Shown here: piece by piece, positions 1 through 34,487 of the stretch
Layout of the letters: each line of letters begins with the position of its first letter
How positions within the stretch are numbered: position 1 is the stretch's first letter
Translations under genes and position numbers: made by a program
The notes under the pieces: model-generated
What the model saw: only the letters and a program-made list of their open reading frames with translations
Databases searched by the model: none
What the model was told of the DNA's origin: nothing
Source of the DNA: Amoebidium appalachense
Lineage: Eukaryota > Protista > Ichthyosporea
Direction of reading: 5' to 3'
Length of the DNA: 64,000 nt
Assembly: GCA_963693365.1 (NCBI GenBank)
Contig: CAVNZM010000013.1
Coordinates: forward strand, 6,772,713 to 6,836,712

Positions 1-478
1 GAAGAAGTGGTGTTTCCGGTCGGTGTCCGGTCTTGGCGAATGCGTGCCTTCCTATTGGACGGCAGCACCCGCCCCCCTTCATGATTGGATGAAAATCACT
101 CGCCGCGCCGCTCCTGCCATCCAGCTTTGTGTATTATTTCTGTAAAATAAGAATGTGGTCGCAGATAGCAACAACATATCTAAATACTTCGCTTGATGAA
201 TCAAGCTCTATTTAGAGATGTATTTAGGCCAACTGATTGGTTGGAATAGGGTTCCAACAATCAGTGGTAGGCTAGGGAGCCGACTATGGTATATAGGCGG
301 CGACTCGTTCTACTCGTCTTAGCTTTGTTTCCCCGTCGGCCCCTACTTAGCCCCACCCACCCGCCCGCGCTGTGTTGCATTTCCCCGTCTTTTAGCTAGT
401 CTCTTGCTGATTGGCTACGGCACACACACACACACAGACACACACCCACACATGCACACATACATGTACACACACACA

Positions 479-560
<82 letters not shown>

Positions 561-1577
561 ACACAAACACACGCCCACGCATTGAGGGTAGTGGAGGGGG
601 AGGATAGGGTAGAGGGGTTTTCTTCGTGCGGTGTGTTTATTTGAATTTTGTTCGTAGAGAGGCAGTGCATGCCATGGTATGTGTACGTTTCTGATGATCG
701 TGTCCAGTGGGCACTTGGCTGAGCCGAGCCAATAAGCAAATCGAAGTAACAACAACATTACATCATATAGGCGGATGCATAATCCCCCATGAACAAAAGA
801 AGGGTCCCCCTGGTACAGGTAGGAAGGAGCAAATTTCTCAATGGCAACAAGAACAAGTTAAAAAGGCTAAAGCCGTCAACAGAATGATGTTTCTCCACAT
901 GAGTACATATATTCACATTTACTACAGATGATATAAAATTTAAGTTTCTTAATAATCAAATTGTATTAAATTGCGCAGCAGACTCTATGAGTGGTGAAGA
1001 GTTTTCAAATGCAACAACGTCAACTTATTAGCTCAAGAATATTTTAGCACGAATGAAATGTGAAGAAAAAAAAAAAAAAAAAAAAGTGAACTTCGGATAT
1101 GCTTTACGGTAAGGTTAAGGGAGACGTCTTCAGGAGTGTTACGTTATCCTCTTGGGCGTATAAAAGCACACCACATGAGCACAAATCGTGCATGGCCCCA
1201 TGATCATTTGTTTTTTCCTCGTTTCTCGTTCCGTTTCTTCCCTGTTGACGATAACTGAATGTAAGATCGAAACGGTTCTCCATAACCCCATATTTAGCTT
1301 CACTTTCCATTCTAAGAAAACAGTTAGTAAGCTTCTTTTCCTGCGGTAAACACACGTGTTTTGCCTGCCCCTAATTTCGGAACATCCGTTCTTCACTTGG
1401 GTTGGTTTCTTTTGGACTGCAACCGGAAGAGCTTTCAAGCTCTTCCTTTTTTTTATCTTCAAACGGTTCCGTCTTTTTATTTTCTTCTTTCTGTATTGTT
1501 CCCCTACTCATATAGCGCACAATATATAAACGTTTTACAGTGGGCACACCTAAGATTCTGTACCACAAACACTGAAA

Positions 1578-3098
1578 ATGGGTCTGAAACCATCGTTTCC
1601 CCTGCTATTTCTAGCCTTCTTCTTTGCAGAGGGTTTACACCTTAAGGAAAAACATGACGATCTCTCTGTTTCTGTTCTCGAAACAGAGCACGCACACGAA
1701 AGATCGAAAAGACAGCTACCCAAATTGCTGGCAGGGGGCCTAACTGAGGCCTTCCAAGGATCTTTCTCCTCACGTGTTTTGCCTTACTGCAACATCACCG
1801 CAAGCAGTGGGCAAGATGCATGTTCGTGGGACAATCTAACCTCTGCGGAGACCCACATACAGGTGACGGCAAACGGGACGGGTTGTTTGGACCCTGATGC
1901 ACCCTACTACTTTAACGTGTACAAGGGGTCGAAAGAGAATCTGTTGATTTATTTTCACGGTGGCGGCGCTTGTTGGTCCGACTCGCCTATGTCTGTTGGT
2001 ACCTGCCTGGGGAACATGATACTTGCATCTAAGAAACCGTTTTTCGTCGACGGTGGTATATTCAATTTTACAAATCCGGAAAACCCGTATAGAAACTGGA
2101 CCATTGTGAGTGTGAGCTACTGTTCGGGTGACACCCATGTCGGAAACGAAGTGCGGAAATACAACGTCTTGGGACGGGTGACTGAGGTACGCCAAGCCGG
2201 AGCAAACAACACCATGTCTGCTCTAAATTGGGCTTTCCGGAACGTTCCACAGCCAAAGAAACTGGTCATTAGCGGATGTTCGGCAGGGGCATTAGGTTCG
2301 CAACTGTGGTCCGGGTACATATTGCAACAGTACAAGAACATGACTAATGGCACTGTGCGCACGGCTGTAGTAGTTGATAGCTATATGGGTATCATTGCAC
2401 AAGAAGGCAAAAACACAATCATATCGGACTTCAACATGACAACCACACCGGCGGCTTCACCTTTTTCCCCCGTGGTCGTCCAAAAAATTACCGCAAAGAA
2501 CATCTCGTGGGTCGAGCTATCCAACCATGTTCAGGACCTACACCCGGACACGCCCTATCTGTTCATACAGTCAAAGTTGGACAGAACACAGCTCATGTTT
2601 TCCACCGTGCTCGATCCTGCCGTTGAATCATCGAACCTGCTCACGCTCCCATGGGCCCAACTGCTCGCACCAAGTGATGCTGCGAAACGTGCATTTTACA
2701 ATGGGAGCATTGAATTGTTCAATTACTACGTGCAAAACGGGATAGGGAACGCAATCGCTTTTCTGGCTGACTCCACGACACACTGCTACACGCCCCGCAC
2801 GTCTTTTTATACGGAGAACGTTACGAACGCGGACGGTAGCAATGTGCGATTGGTAGATTGGGTTTCGAAAGTACCGTTTGCAAGTGCAACGACAAACATT
2901 TCTACCGTGTGCGCAGAAAACGCGACGGCAAATATGGGGCCGTGCCCGGCGCGTAACTCACTTAACGGGAAGAATTTTATTCGGGCCGGTTCGGATGTGG
3001 CAGGGTCGGGTCAGACTGGAAACCCCAAGTCGGCGGGTACCCGTTGCACGTGGTCAGTTTGGACGGGGATTTTCCTCTTGTTTACCATGTTGTGGTGA
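1578..3098 (+). CDS. Secreted or GPI-anchored pectin acetylesterase / Notum-family alpha/beta hydrolase (506 aa, intronless)
   Basis: Signal peptide (MGLKPSFPLLFLAFFFAEG), RSKR furin-like site, PAE-family motifs YFHGGGACW, VSYCSGDTHVG, nucleophile elbow GCSAG, KLD, THC; hydrophobic C-terminal tail. Confidence 0.9.
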   Translation: MGLKPSFPLLFLAFFFAEGLHLKEKHDDLSVSVLETEHAHERSKRQLPKLLAGGLTEAFQGSFSSRVLPYCNITASSGQDACSWDNLTSAETHIQVTANGTGCLDPDAPYYFNVYKGSKENLLIYFHGGGACWSDSPMSVGTCLGNMILASKKPFFVDGGIFNFTNPENPYRNWTIVSVSYCSGDTHVGNEVRKYNVLGRVTEVRQAGANNTMSALNWAFRNVPQPKKLVISGCSAGALGSQLWSGYILQQYKNMTNGTVRTAVVVDSYMGIIAQEGKNTIISDFNMTTTPAASPFSPVVVQKITAKNISWVELSNHVQDLHPDTPYLFIQSKLDRTQLMFSTVLDPAVESSNLLTLPWAQLLAPSDAAKRAFYNGSIELFNYYVQNGIGNAIAFLADSTTHCYTPRTSFYTENVTNADGSNVRLVDWVSKVPFASATTNISTVCAENATANMGPCPARNSLNGKNFIRAGSDVAGSGQTGNPKSAGTRCTWSVWTGIFLLFTMLW

Positions 3099-4935
3099 TA
3101 ACTGTGGTTTCTGAGTAATTATTAATATTAGTCAATATCACTTTGGTTTACGGATTAGATATTTTGATTTATGGATGTGTGCGAATGGTTTTCGTATTTG
3201 AGTTTAAGCCCTCTTAGGGCAAGTGATTTTAATTATGTATATTTGAGCTTACTTTGAGTTATTTTGTATGTAAAAAAACATGATGAGGTTTCTGGAACAA
3301 TACCGGATGTATATGGGTAGTCAGCCGTGATATTACTGTTGTAAACATTAAGCCATTTTTCATTGTTATCATCTTAGGCATGTTGCGTGTAATTTGTCAC
3401 AATTTGAGGATGCACACATGATTTGTAACACCCAGCCCTTGCGAATGATAAAAAACTTTGTAGGCAATACCACACGTCATACACAAAATACACAAAATCC
3501 CATGCCATGTGTGTACTACAGAGGCTCGTATTATCGACTGCTGAATTATGATCTTGGGGGCGGGTGGGGGAGGGGGGGGAAGATGTGTTGTCCATCACTG
3601 AAAGCAAACGAGCCTGTGATCTTGTGCTGGCACCAAGGGGAAGAGCATTTCCAACTTGCAACAAGGTATTAAGCTAAATAACTACGGGACGAGATATACA
3701 TCACACGTCGAGATATTACGTTTTATGCGCACGATATTCCTATCCTTTTAGTTGTTTATATGCACACACATTAATCCATCAGGTAAGCCCTACAATAATA
3801 TATATTAAAGCTTTGCACGGACTTCGACATGCACGAGTGAATCTTTAGGCGCACCGTAGGATTTAATGAGCATGTGCACCAAACTGCATCAATAATTATG
3901 GACGGGATATTTGCAGTAGACCATTTCATGAAAGGCAACATGCTTCATCATATAATTGCACTAATCCACATCTTGTACACAGAAAAGAAAAAAAAACAGA
4001 AGACACATTAGCATACATGCCTATACACTTTGGTGCTGGAACGCCGGGACAACAGGTGGGCCCGGCCGCGGGGAGGGGAGGGGGGGGGGGGGGGGGGGGG
4101 GGGTTTGACTAATTATGGGTCTGACTGTACATGTACGTACACTGTGGTGGGCGCATTCAGCCACATGACACATAATGCAGTCCCAGAGCAATGATGTAGA
4201 CGATATAGTTGTGCTGCCTCGCTGGACTATTATGCATATTAAGAGTACACTGGTATTAACAAGTGTATTAACACTGTATTACACCACGAATCTGGTTTGT
4301 GTGGGTGGGAGGAAGGGGCTATTACGGTTCAAATTGTGCACTTTTTGGGCCCCACGGAGGATGCAGGGCAGAAACTATGTAGTAATAACAGTCGGATGGT
4401 TGGTAAACCATTCCCCCTCCCCCCCCCCCCTCCCCCAGGGCCCCGAGACCCCGACCCCGGGCCGGGGTGGCCCTAAGCCTGTCCTGCCTCCCCCCTCCTT
4501 CCTCCCCCCTCCCCCCCCCCCCCCCCCCCCCTCTCCCCCCCCCACACACACCAAAAAAAAATCACTGAATAAATCAATAAAAATGCTAATGCATAACACA
4601 TGCATGCCACATCATACTCGCTCATTGAGCACCCATGCGAACACGCACATACGTGCGGGTACCGGTACACACACAAGCCGGCTCGCAAGCTACTAAGCTA
4701 GCACACACACACACACGTACAAATCTCGTACATGTGCACGTGACCTGTACACTTATGTACACAGCCTATGGTATATACGTACCAATACTACACACACACA
4801 TCACGGCCGCACGTAATGCATCGCCGTACCACCTCCACAGTCCCGGAACTCCTTCAGTCTGTTAACATCACGGTTGAATTGCTTTCACCATCTTCTCTAT
4901 TGCCTTTTTCTTTTCTTTTCTGTTCTGTTTTTGCA

Positions 4936-5011
<76 letters not shown>

Positions 5012-5639
5012 GGGGGGAGGGGGTTGGGGTTGGGGTTGGGGGGGGGGGGGGGGGGGGAGAGGGGGGGGGGGGGAGGAGAGGCACCACGGTCTCGTTCCAT
5101 GGCCCAATGATTCTCAGAAGGGGACGGGGGATCTCCTATATTCGCCAGCCCTAGGCCTGTTACTAGGGAGTGGGGGGGAGGTTCTCCGCTGGTATCTTCG
5201 GAGGTGTTTTTTTTTTTGGGGGGGGGGGGGGGAGGGGGGGGGGGGGGGGGGAAGAAGGGAAACGGGAGTACTGTGACGGCCAGCGGCTAAAAGGCACGGG
5301 CCAATCGCTAATGTGCATGTGCTACCATATATGGCCATAATTGTATCTTCAGCTTCTTTGTGTTTATGGAGTATGATCATATGCATGTATGTGTGACACT
5401 GCTGGGATAGCACGAGATCTTTTCATAGACGATTTCAAATTTAAACTTGACACGGTGAGCTTCTAGAAGGACTTAAGTCTTTAACTGTGAATTTTTAATT
5501 GATTCGGGTGGGTACCGGCCCCCCAGGCGACTTATTCAGTAAGGCTACAATACTTATGATACACACTGAGCCCCATATACAGCCATGTCGTAACGAACGT
5601 AATTACAATGCATACGTGGCAGCATTCAAAGATTTTATA

Positions 5640-5876
5640 CAGATACCGTCCGCGAATAAGAATCCCCGCTAATAAGATTTCGCCTCCGGCAAAATCGTTT
5701 TTTTTTAAGATTCTGCCCCTCGACCAGTTTTCGGGATGATCTTATTGGTGGACGGATAAATAAATCATAGTGGATGGCCCCCCTGCCATTAAGATTTTGA
5801 CCCCGACCCCCAAAATTTTTTAAGAGTTCGCCCCCCGGCCACATTTTCGGGGGTTCTTATTCGCGGACGGTATCTG
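5640..5876. mobile_element. 237-bp MITE, Tc1/mariner type
   Basis: Terminal inverted repeats CAGATACCGTCCGCGAATAAGAA (23/23 identical, then 1 mismatch and CCCCG); TA on both sides (5638-5639, 5877-5878); no coding capacity. Confidence 0.9.
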
Positions 5877-6556
5877 TATCACGTGTTTACATAATAGCAT
5901 TCTATCACATTCTGTATGCATCACCTATGTCGTCTTTGCAGATGTCGACATGCGCGTAAACTAACCGTGTCAGACACATTTAAGGTCTAAAAACATCACA
6001 ATATAGAGATTTATCAAATTATACATTAGATGACTTGTTTAACTCATTTACAGCATGTGCACTTCTAGCAAGAGCACATGGTCCCCAAACATGTTCGTAT
6101 GGGTTGCAATCTGGGATAAAATACTACACACGCGTATGTTCATGTTAAGCAAGTACTCGTTAAACCAGGTTCATTTGCAAACCCCGTTACTATATTTGAA
6201 TTAATCTAAACACGAACAACACATTGTTAAGTTCTTAAGGCCACTTGCTTACATGAACACCTCTGCCTAAGCACATAGCCCGAATTCTTCAACAAAAACC
6301 GTGCAACTAATAGAGGAATCAACAGTGTCCCGGTGTGTGTGAGCGAGTAAGCGAGTGCGCGTGTGCACACATATGTACATATGTGGATAGATGCAAAGGT
6401 GTATGCGTGTGCGTGCGTGCGTTCGTGTGTGTGTGTGTGTGTGCGCGCGCAAGTGGGTCACTGTGCATGTGCATGCACCTGTACATGTATGTATGTTGTC
6501 TGTGTGGCTGTATTTGCACTCCTGCATATGAGTGTTTGTACGTCTTTGCACAAAGA

Positions 6557-17871
<11,315 letters not shown>

Positions 17872-19419
17872 CTGTGTTAAAAAAAGGCAACGTAATGATG
17901 GGCTACACGTTCACGCTGTATTGATAACCCATGATTTTCCAAAGAAGCTCCTTAGGGATAAGTTACATCTACCAACGGAATACCGCTCATCCCTGGTGGA
18001 TGAGCCACAAAGGAACCAAGGAAGGTGACCGATAGAGGAAAACGGGTCCACGGGGGGGAGGAGGGGGGCACAAGAATGGCAAGGGCTATAGGAAAATGCT
18101 AATGCTAGAATCCCAATGGTTTCGATGAACTCACGAACGCTGCTAAAGGCCCGTTGGACTACATTATTGTTCATGTGAATGCATGGTGCACTAGCACCAC
18201 ACCCACACATGCCCACACGCAAAGGACGGGCACGAACAAGTGTCCATAACTCACCCTCCCCCCTCCCCCACCCCCCCTCTCTTCTTTCTCTCTCTTTCTC
18301 TCTCTCTCCCTCCCTCCCCCCCCCCCCCCCCCCCCCCTTCCGTCCCTCCCTCCCCTACTCCTTCCCCCCTCTCACTCAGTATACTTCTCCCTTCCCGGAA
18401 ACCCCACAAGACCTGCCCCAGCACTTTCAAAGCATTCTCTTGTCACCCGTATTTTACTATTTATGTGTAAGCTAATGCGTATTGGCCATCCCTAAGGATT
18501 TCTCAAATACAACCAAGGCCAAACAACCAGGAATTAAGCTCCATGATTCAATGCTCAAGAAGGGTGGGTATATACACTTACGTGAATGGAAACGCCATGG
18601 TATGTTCCTGGGACGTTCCCGTGCACCTTGTTTTGAGTGCCGGTGCTTAGTGTAATGAGCATATTACAAACATAGCCTACCGGTGAATCACTGCCTTGTG
18701 AAGGCTTTACCAGTTGAATCTCTATATACCGGGCACGTGTACACATAGGTCTATGAACTTGAGATGTTGAGTGAATCAATTTGCGCCACTTTGGCTGGAT
18801 CAAGCAACTCAGTCGTTGTTGGTTGCCAAGTCACGACAAAGCACGAGAACTCTCGCTCACTCTGATAGTCTTTATTTCTATACACCCACACCCATACGCA
18901 CACACGGTCGTCAACAAAGCTCGTTCGAGGTTTGCCCCGAACCAGAAGTGAAACTGTGTTTCGAAGCCTGAAGTTTCAAACCGAGCGCCAACTCCCCCAA
19001 GCCGGTATGTTGGCAAGTTGCCGGTGTAAAGGCTTCATTTTGCCCGTTTACCGACCAGCAACAACACAGAAACCATTTACAACATTTAGAAGGAGCTTTT
19101 CATTCAATAAGGGACGTTTATTGTTCGAGTTAAAAATTAAAGAAATCTATTGATTTGCCCGTCACAGTGGTAGAGTTGAAATTTACAAAGTCACAATCCC
19201 ACAAGAAACCCCTACTCATACGCTCACGAGAGCAGGAAAAACACCCTTCCAAGAACTTCGAGTCAATCATCCGTATTTTTGCCATTCATTTCCCGTATAT
19301 GTTTGTGTTTGCGCAATCGGTGAGACGGAGCACCACAGAAATAAATAGTGCGTAAACCCCTGACAGGCAGAGCCAAAAAATGATGTTCAATTCCAGAGAA
19401 CGACCATGGAAAGAGGATT

Positions 19420-28331
<8,912 letters not shown>

Positions 28332-28895
28332 GTTGCTGTATGCTCAGGCCCAGAAAGCATGGAAACGGTAAGTTCTTGAAAACTAACACACGCCTAGAAG
28401 TGCACAGGCAGACGGGTGGGGGAAAGGTCGGTTACTGGTGAGGGAGATTTTAACGACGCTACCAAACCTGCAAGGCTATGTATCTTTTTATATCTCAAGA
28501 TTGACCAAAACCGATTATCCATTAGCTAACAATCAGATCATCAATAAACTGCTTTTTGTTTGCATTACTACTGCAGCCGGCGCTTTATGATAACTTGGCG
28601 AATACCCCTGGTTTAGTCCGTCTTCTTTAATCGTTACCGGTGTCAAGTGTCAATCCTCCATTGGCCTGAGTCAGTTCCTTGTTACAATTTCGTTTAAAAA
28701 AGGTGGAGCGAGATGTATGGATGCATGCTGGGTTCATGCTGGGTTATAAACAGTGCGTAGTACCCTTATGGATACCCACTTATACCAATGCTTTTTATTA
28801 GGGTTTTGTAGCTCTTGTTTTCCTCCTTTGGGACTTTCTGTAGAATACAGGTTTCAGAATTGTTTGTTAGGAATTGGCTCGCTTTAATCTTCGTC

Positions 28896-29208
28896 ATGAT
28901 GGCTGGGATACTGCGTGATCAGGGGCACCTGCGAGGTACGCTTTCGGTTGCTTGTTTTATTTCCTGTTCTTCTCCGGCTCTTTGTGGTTCTGTACTTACA
29001 TGCTTTAACTTTCAAAGAAAAGAAGAGAGCAGAGCTTGAGTAAGGCAAAGGGTAAGGGAATGGGATCATTTGCAAGGAGAGCGACATGGGGAAGAGGGAA
29101 GGCGACAGGGAGCCGTGCTTTAATGGGTAGGAAAAGGATGGGGAGAGAGGGGGAGCGGGGGGCGGGAGCGTGAGGGAGGGGAGGTAGAAAGAGAGAGACA
29201 ACAAGAGG

Positions 29209-29282
<74 letters not shown>

Positions 29283-29803
29283 TTGGGGGGGGGGGGGGGG
29301 GGGAGGAGGGGGAGAGAGAGAAAGAGAGAATTGGGAGAGAGAGAGGGAGGGAGGGAGAGAGGGAGCGAGAGAGAGAGAGAGCCTAAGAGAGGGAGGGAGG
29401 GAGAGAGGGGAGGAGGGGGGGAGGGGAGGAGGGGGTTGCATGTTTAGGTATGTGCATGTGTGGGTGTGTGCCTGCGGGTCGAAGATAGAATGGGTGTAGC
29501 AGTGGTGGTGGTAGGGGTGCAGGGGGAGGGGGGGGGGGGGGGAGGAGGGGGAGGAGACACAAAAGGTGCATGCAGCACAACTAGATTTGAGAGGATAGGT
29601 GTAAGACGTGGCCGCTCTCTTGAGGGGCTGAGGGGGGTTGAAAGAGAGGCTGATGCCACTCCTCCTCCCTTCCTCCCTCTCTCCCCCCTCCCCCCTCCCC
29701 CTCCCACCCCCCTCCCCCCCTCCCCCTTGATTTGTTTTACTGCTGTTTCCCGAAGTTTGTTTATATAGTCTCTTTATTCTCCCCCCCCCCCCCCCCCCCC
29801 CCC

Positions 29804-29839
<36 letters not shown>

Positions 29840-30882
29840 CCTGCGCACGAACAGACAGGCGTTACCTCTCCCCCCCCCCCCCCCGCCCTCCCCCTCCCCC
29901 TCCCCTTCCCCCCCTCCCAGGCTGCATCGCCCTAAACGTCCCATTCCCTGTTGCCGATCTCTGCCTGCTCTTCCCATGAAAAATGTCACCTCCTTCCAAC
30001 TCCCCATGCATCAAAATGCAAACACCATTCTTGTTCTGATGTTCGGTTGTTCTCATCAATATTGATTTTTGCAGCGTTCCATCGGAACTCTTCGTACCGG
30101 TGGGAGTCAGAGTATTCCCGAGACACGGCCATATTAGGAAGTGGTGCGTACGGGGTGGTGTTGAGGGTCACCCGGTTGATTGATGGCCAGTCATATGCGC
30201 TCAAGAGAATACGGTGAGAATAAAGGAAAGCGCAGTGTGTATTAGAGTGAGAATACGGGCAGATTGCTGTATGAATAGAGTGAGATTATAAGTAGATGGC
30301 AGGGTGGAATACACGGGGGCATAGGTGGGAGAATCTGGAGATACGAGTAGACGGCTGTGGGGAAAGGGTAAGAATACGGTAGATGGCTGTTGGAATAGGG
30401 TGAAGATACATGTGGTGAATGGGTGAGACGGGCTCCCTGTGGGGATAGGTGTGGAATACGGGTAGGTATCTGTGGGAATAGGATGAGAATACGAGTAGAT
30501 GGTTGTGGGAATAGATAGAGTACATGATGGTTGTGGGAATAGATAGAGTGCACATTTAGATGCTTGATTCTGGTTACAAATTAGTGTGACGGCATGTCTG
30601 CAGTAGTTCTTCATGTTTAGGTGGTTGTGTGTGTGTTCATTCAGTGACAGGTCAATTAGTTGGATGCAGGGTATTGTTGTTTCTCTTTTCTTTGTTTGTG
30701 ACAACTCCCTCTTCCCCCCTTCCCCCCGCCCCCCTCCCCAGCCCCCCATCCCTTCCCCCTTCCCCCTTTCTGTTTGAGGGTTGGCTCTAACAATGATGCT
30801 TACTCTCTGTGTGTTTTCTGCAATATCTGGTTTTTATAGCCCGTCGTAACTATGTAACTATGTACTTCGTATTATGGAACCC

Positions 30883-30915
<33 letters not shown>

Positions 30916-31068
30916 TGGTTAACAGCTCCGTTCCCCTCCTCAGGCTTGCCGTGTTTACCAAGCCGTGTTGCCTTTTTTTTTTTTTTTTTTTTCTTTTTTT
31001 CTTTTTTTTTTATATTACTTTCATGGCCCTTCACATACTACTCTCATATCACTGGTTTTTTCCTCTCT

Positions 31069-31116
<48 letters not shown>

Positions 31117-31778
31117 ACCCACCCACCCACCCACCCAACCCCACCCCCTCCTCCCCCTTTTATTGATTCGTATTTTCATTCTGCGCCCACACCAACACCA
31201 TGCCATGTCTGACTATCACTCACGGTTCAGGTTAGCGTCACGTCAGAAAGCCAATGAGAAAATCCTCCGGGAAGTGCAGCTTCTCTCCCGCCTATCGCAC
31301 GAGCACGTGGTGCGCTATTTTGGGGCGTGGATAGAGGGCGGGGAGGAATGCACTGTCATGGGCCAGTCCCTGGCGGATTGTTCTGGAAGGTCTGTGACGT
31401 CATCGACGAGTGGATTGGGTGGGCATTGGGTGGCTAGGTGGGTGTGCCTGTTTCTTCCTTTTACTCCTGATGGTGGGCTCTGTTCAAGTATCTCTTGCCT
31501 GCTCACGCTTTCTTTCTTTTTTTTTTCAACCATATCCCTTCTGCCTTTTGTATTTTTGTGACATTATGTGTTTCGCCTTTTGATGTCTCCACTTCCTAAT
31601 TCCAACGTTCACTCTAATGCATACATCCCCCCCCCCCCCCCCCCCCCCCCTTTGTATTTACAAAATTATAGGTGCCCTTTTCCCTTCCACTGCTTCTTGA
31701 ATAAGAAATGTCCTGCTATATGCAGAAGAGAGGGCGTGTATGTATGTGTTCCCACGCAAGTGTGCGCTAATGTTTGCA

Positions 31779-31870
<92 letters not shown>

Positions 31871-32544
31871 CGCGCGCGCGCGTGCATGCGTGCGTGCGTG
31901 TGTGTGTGGTGTGCACGCTCCCGTGATTTTCTTCTTATTTTCTTTGATTTTGCTCGATTTCCTTTTGGGGGGGGAGGGGGAGGGGGGGGGGGGAGGGGGG
32001 ATGATGAGGGGTATGCAAACACTAAACCTCCTATTTCTGCCTGATAGGAAGCCACCCATACCGCCGGCTGGAAACGAACGCATTCCAAGCGATTACAGTT
32101 TGGATTCAAGCCCATCCAACGACTCATTCCTCACTTTTCAGCATGACGGAGACGACCAGGGGGGTCTAAGTAACACCGAGTCTAGTAGCGGAGGGGTGTC
32201 CGATAGTGAATTTTCAAGTGCTGCGGCTGGAAATCGAAATGACGGAGGCATGTTTATGCTCGAGTGTAAGGTCTGCAGTAAACAGTACATCGACTGGGAG
32301 GTAGGCAACCCCCCCCCCCCCCCCCCCCCCCCACCAAAAAAAAAAAAAAAAAAAAAAGAAAGAAAGAAAAAAAGAAAAGAAAAGAAAAAAAGAAAGAATA
32401 AGAAAGGAGAAAAGGAAAGAAAAGAAAAAAGAAAAATAATTACAACCACTACCATCCGAGTTTTGTCATATGTTCTGCTTTTGAATGCCCTTCGGATTTG
32501 AGGTTATGTTGTGTTAAGGCTTTGTAACATACATACATCCTCCC

Positions 32545-32612
<68 letters not shown>

Positions 32613-32822
32613 GTGGTGTGTGTGTGTGTGTGTGTGTGCGTTTGTGCACGTTTGCGTATGGGTGTGTGGGTGCATGTGTGTTTGTGTTTGGGTGCAACTT
32701 TGTGTGTTCATATGTGTGTAAGTGTGTATGTGTGTGTGTCCGTCCCTGTATTCTTCTTTCCTCGATGTGCATATTCCCTCCCCTTTCTCTCCCCTCCTCC
32801 TCCTATATATCCCCCTCCCCCC

Positions 32823-32853
<31 letters not shown>

Positions 32854-34154
32854 CCTCCCTCCTCCCCTCCTCCCTTCTCCAATTCCTATCTCCTCGCACC
32901 CCCCCCCCCCCCCCCCCCTTCCCCACCCCCCCTGACTTCGCTTTCCGCAACAATGTTTTTTAACACCCCCTCTTCTGCCCCCTGTTTTTCCACACAGGTA
33001 TCACTGGACGACTGGAACCAAATCGAAGTATCCCTCCAACCTTTTAACCTATGTGAAGACTGTTTTCTCCGCTTCTATCCTGCCCCCCAGTTGCCCCATA
33101 TCCGCTTCATTCGCAAGAAGGCTCTGTCTCCTTTCCTGTTTATTCTGATGGAGTTGTGCAACCACACACTCAAAGATGAGATGAGAAGGTGCTCCCCTCC
33201 TCATCCCTCCCTCCCCCCCCCCCCCCCCCCCCTCCATCATGCGCTTCCTTTTTTTTTGCCTTATCGGGTAGGAGTGTATGAGCTGTTTGCAATGCATCCT
33301 CACCTTCCCCTCGTGACCCCTCCCTATCTCTCCCCAATTTATGCCTACAATTAAATAAATCAAAATTTCGAAAGATTACATAGATCAGACATCCCTTTCG
33401 CCGGACTTCCACACGTGCCCACATTGTGCGCCATCCAAGAAGCAACCCCCGAGCACACAGATGTGCGCACACAATTACACACACACACGCACACGCGCGC
33501 GCGCGCAACAGATTCGAACGCACGGTAACACACTCACACTCACATACACACACACGTACACACTTACACATACACAGGTGGCACGAAAACAACAACCCGG
33601 ACCACACGTACCGGTGGAAGCTCCTGCAGCAGATTCTCGAAGGCCTTGTGTACCTCCACAGCAAGGGAATAGTGCATCGAGACATCAAGCCGACGAACAT
33701 TTTTATTCAGGACGGGACGATAAAGATTGGAGATTTGGGGGGTGGCTACATTCAGTGTGGATGATTCGTTGCCCTTCTTCCCCCTTTCGGTGAGTGAGTG
33801 GTCTGGTGTGGCGAATGAAACCAGCAACCCCCCCCCCCCCCCCCCCCTCCTCCCTGAGGATGGGCTCTGCTTATGACGCATACTGTGCACATGGCTGATG
33901 TTGCATACTTGAATGTTTGCCTTTGCATGTGTCCTGCACCATGCTTCTCGTCGTGTATGCGTACTTCGTACCGTGTTCCGCATTCAACCCCCCCCCCCCC
34001 CCCCCCCAGCCCCCTCCTCCTTCCGCCCTGTTTCCCTCCCCATCACACACACATGTACGCACGTGTGTGCTTGTACGCATGCACATGGCAGACGTCCATA
34101 CAAACACATTTGGGATGTCATGGGTCACTCACATGTGCATGTAGTGTGCTTGCC

Positions 34155-34189
<35 letters not shown>

Positions 34190-34443
34190 GAAAAAAGAAA
34201 AAAAAAAAAAAAAAAAAAAAGGGACGAAAGAAAGAAAAAAGAAAAGAAACCGCGCCAATGCACGTTTGCACCCACACGTACACACACACACTTGCGCTCT
34301 TAATACACACTTGAATGCTTGATCAACTGCCACTCTGGTATGGAAATGGAAGGTCAAATCTCAAATGTACATTGGTCTTCTGGATATCCTCTCCTCGCGC
34401 CCTGGTCTACAGCTCACAGCATCCCTGCCCCTTTGCCTCCACT

Positions 34444-34487
<44 letters not shown>

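Noticed and set aside
33854-33885. CTGAGGA as a hammerhead ribozyme core or snoRNA box C in the short elements
   Set aside because: No stem II followed by GAAA and no terminal box D found; not supportable by eye.
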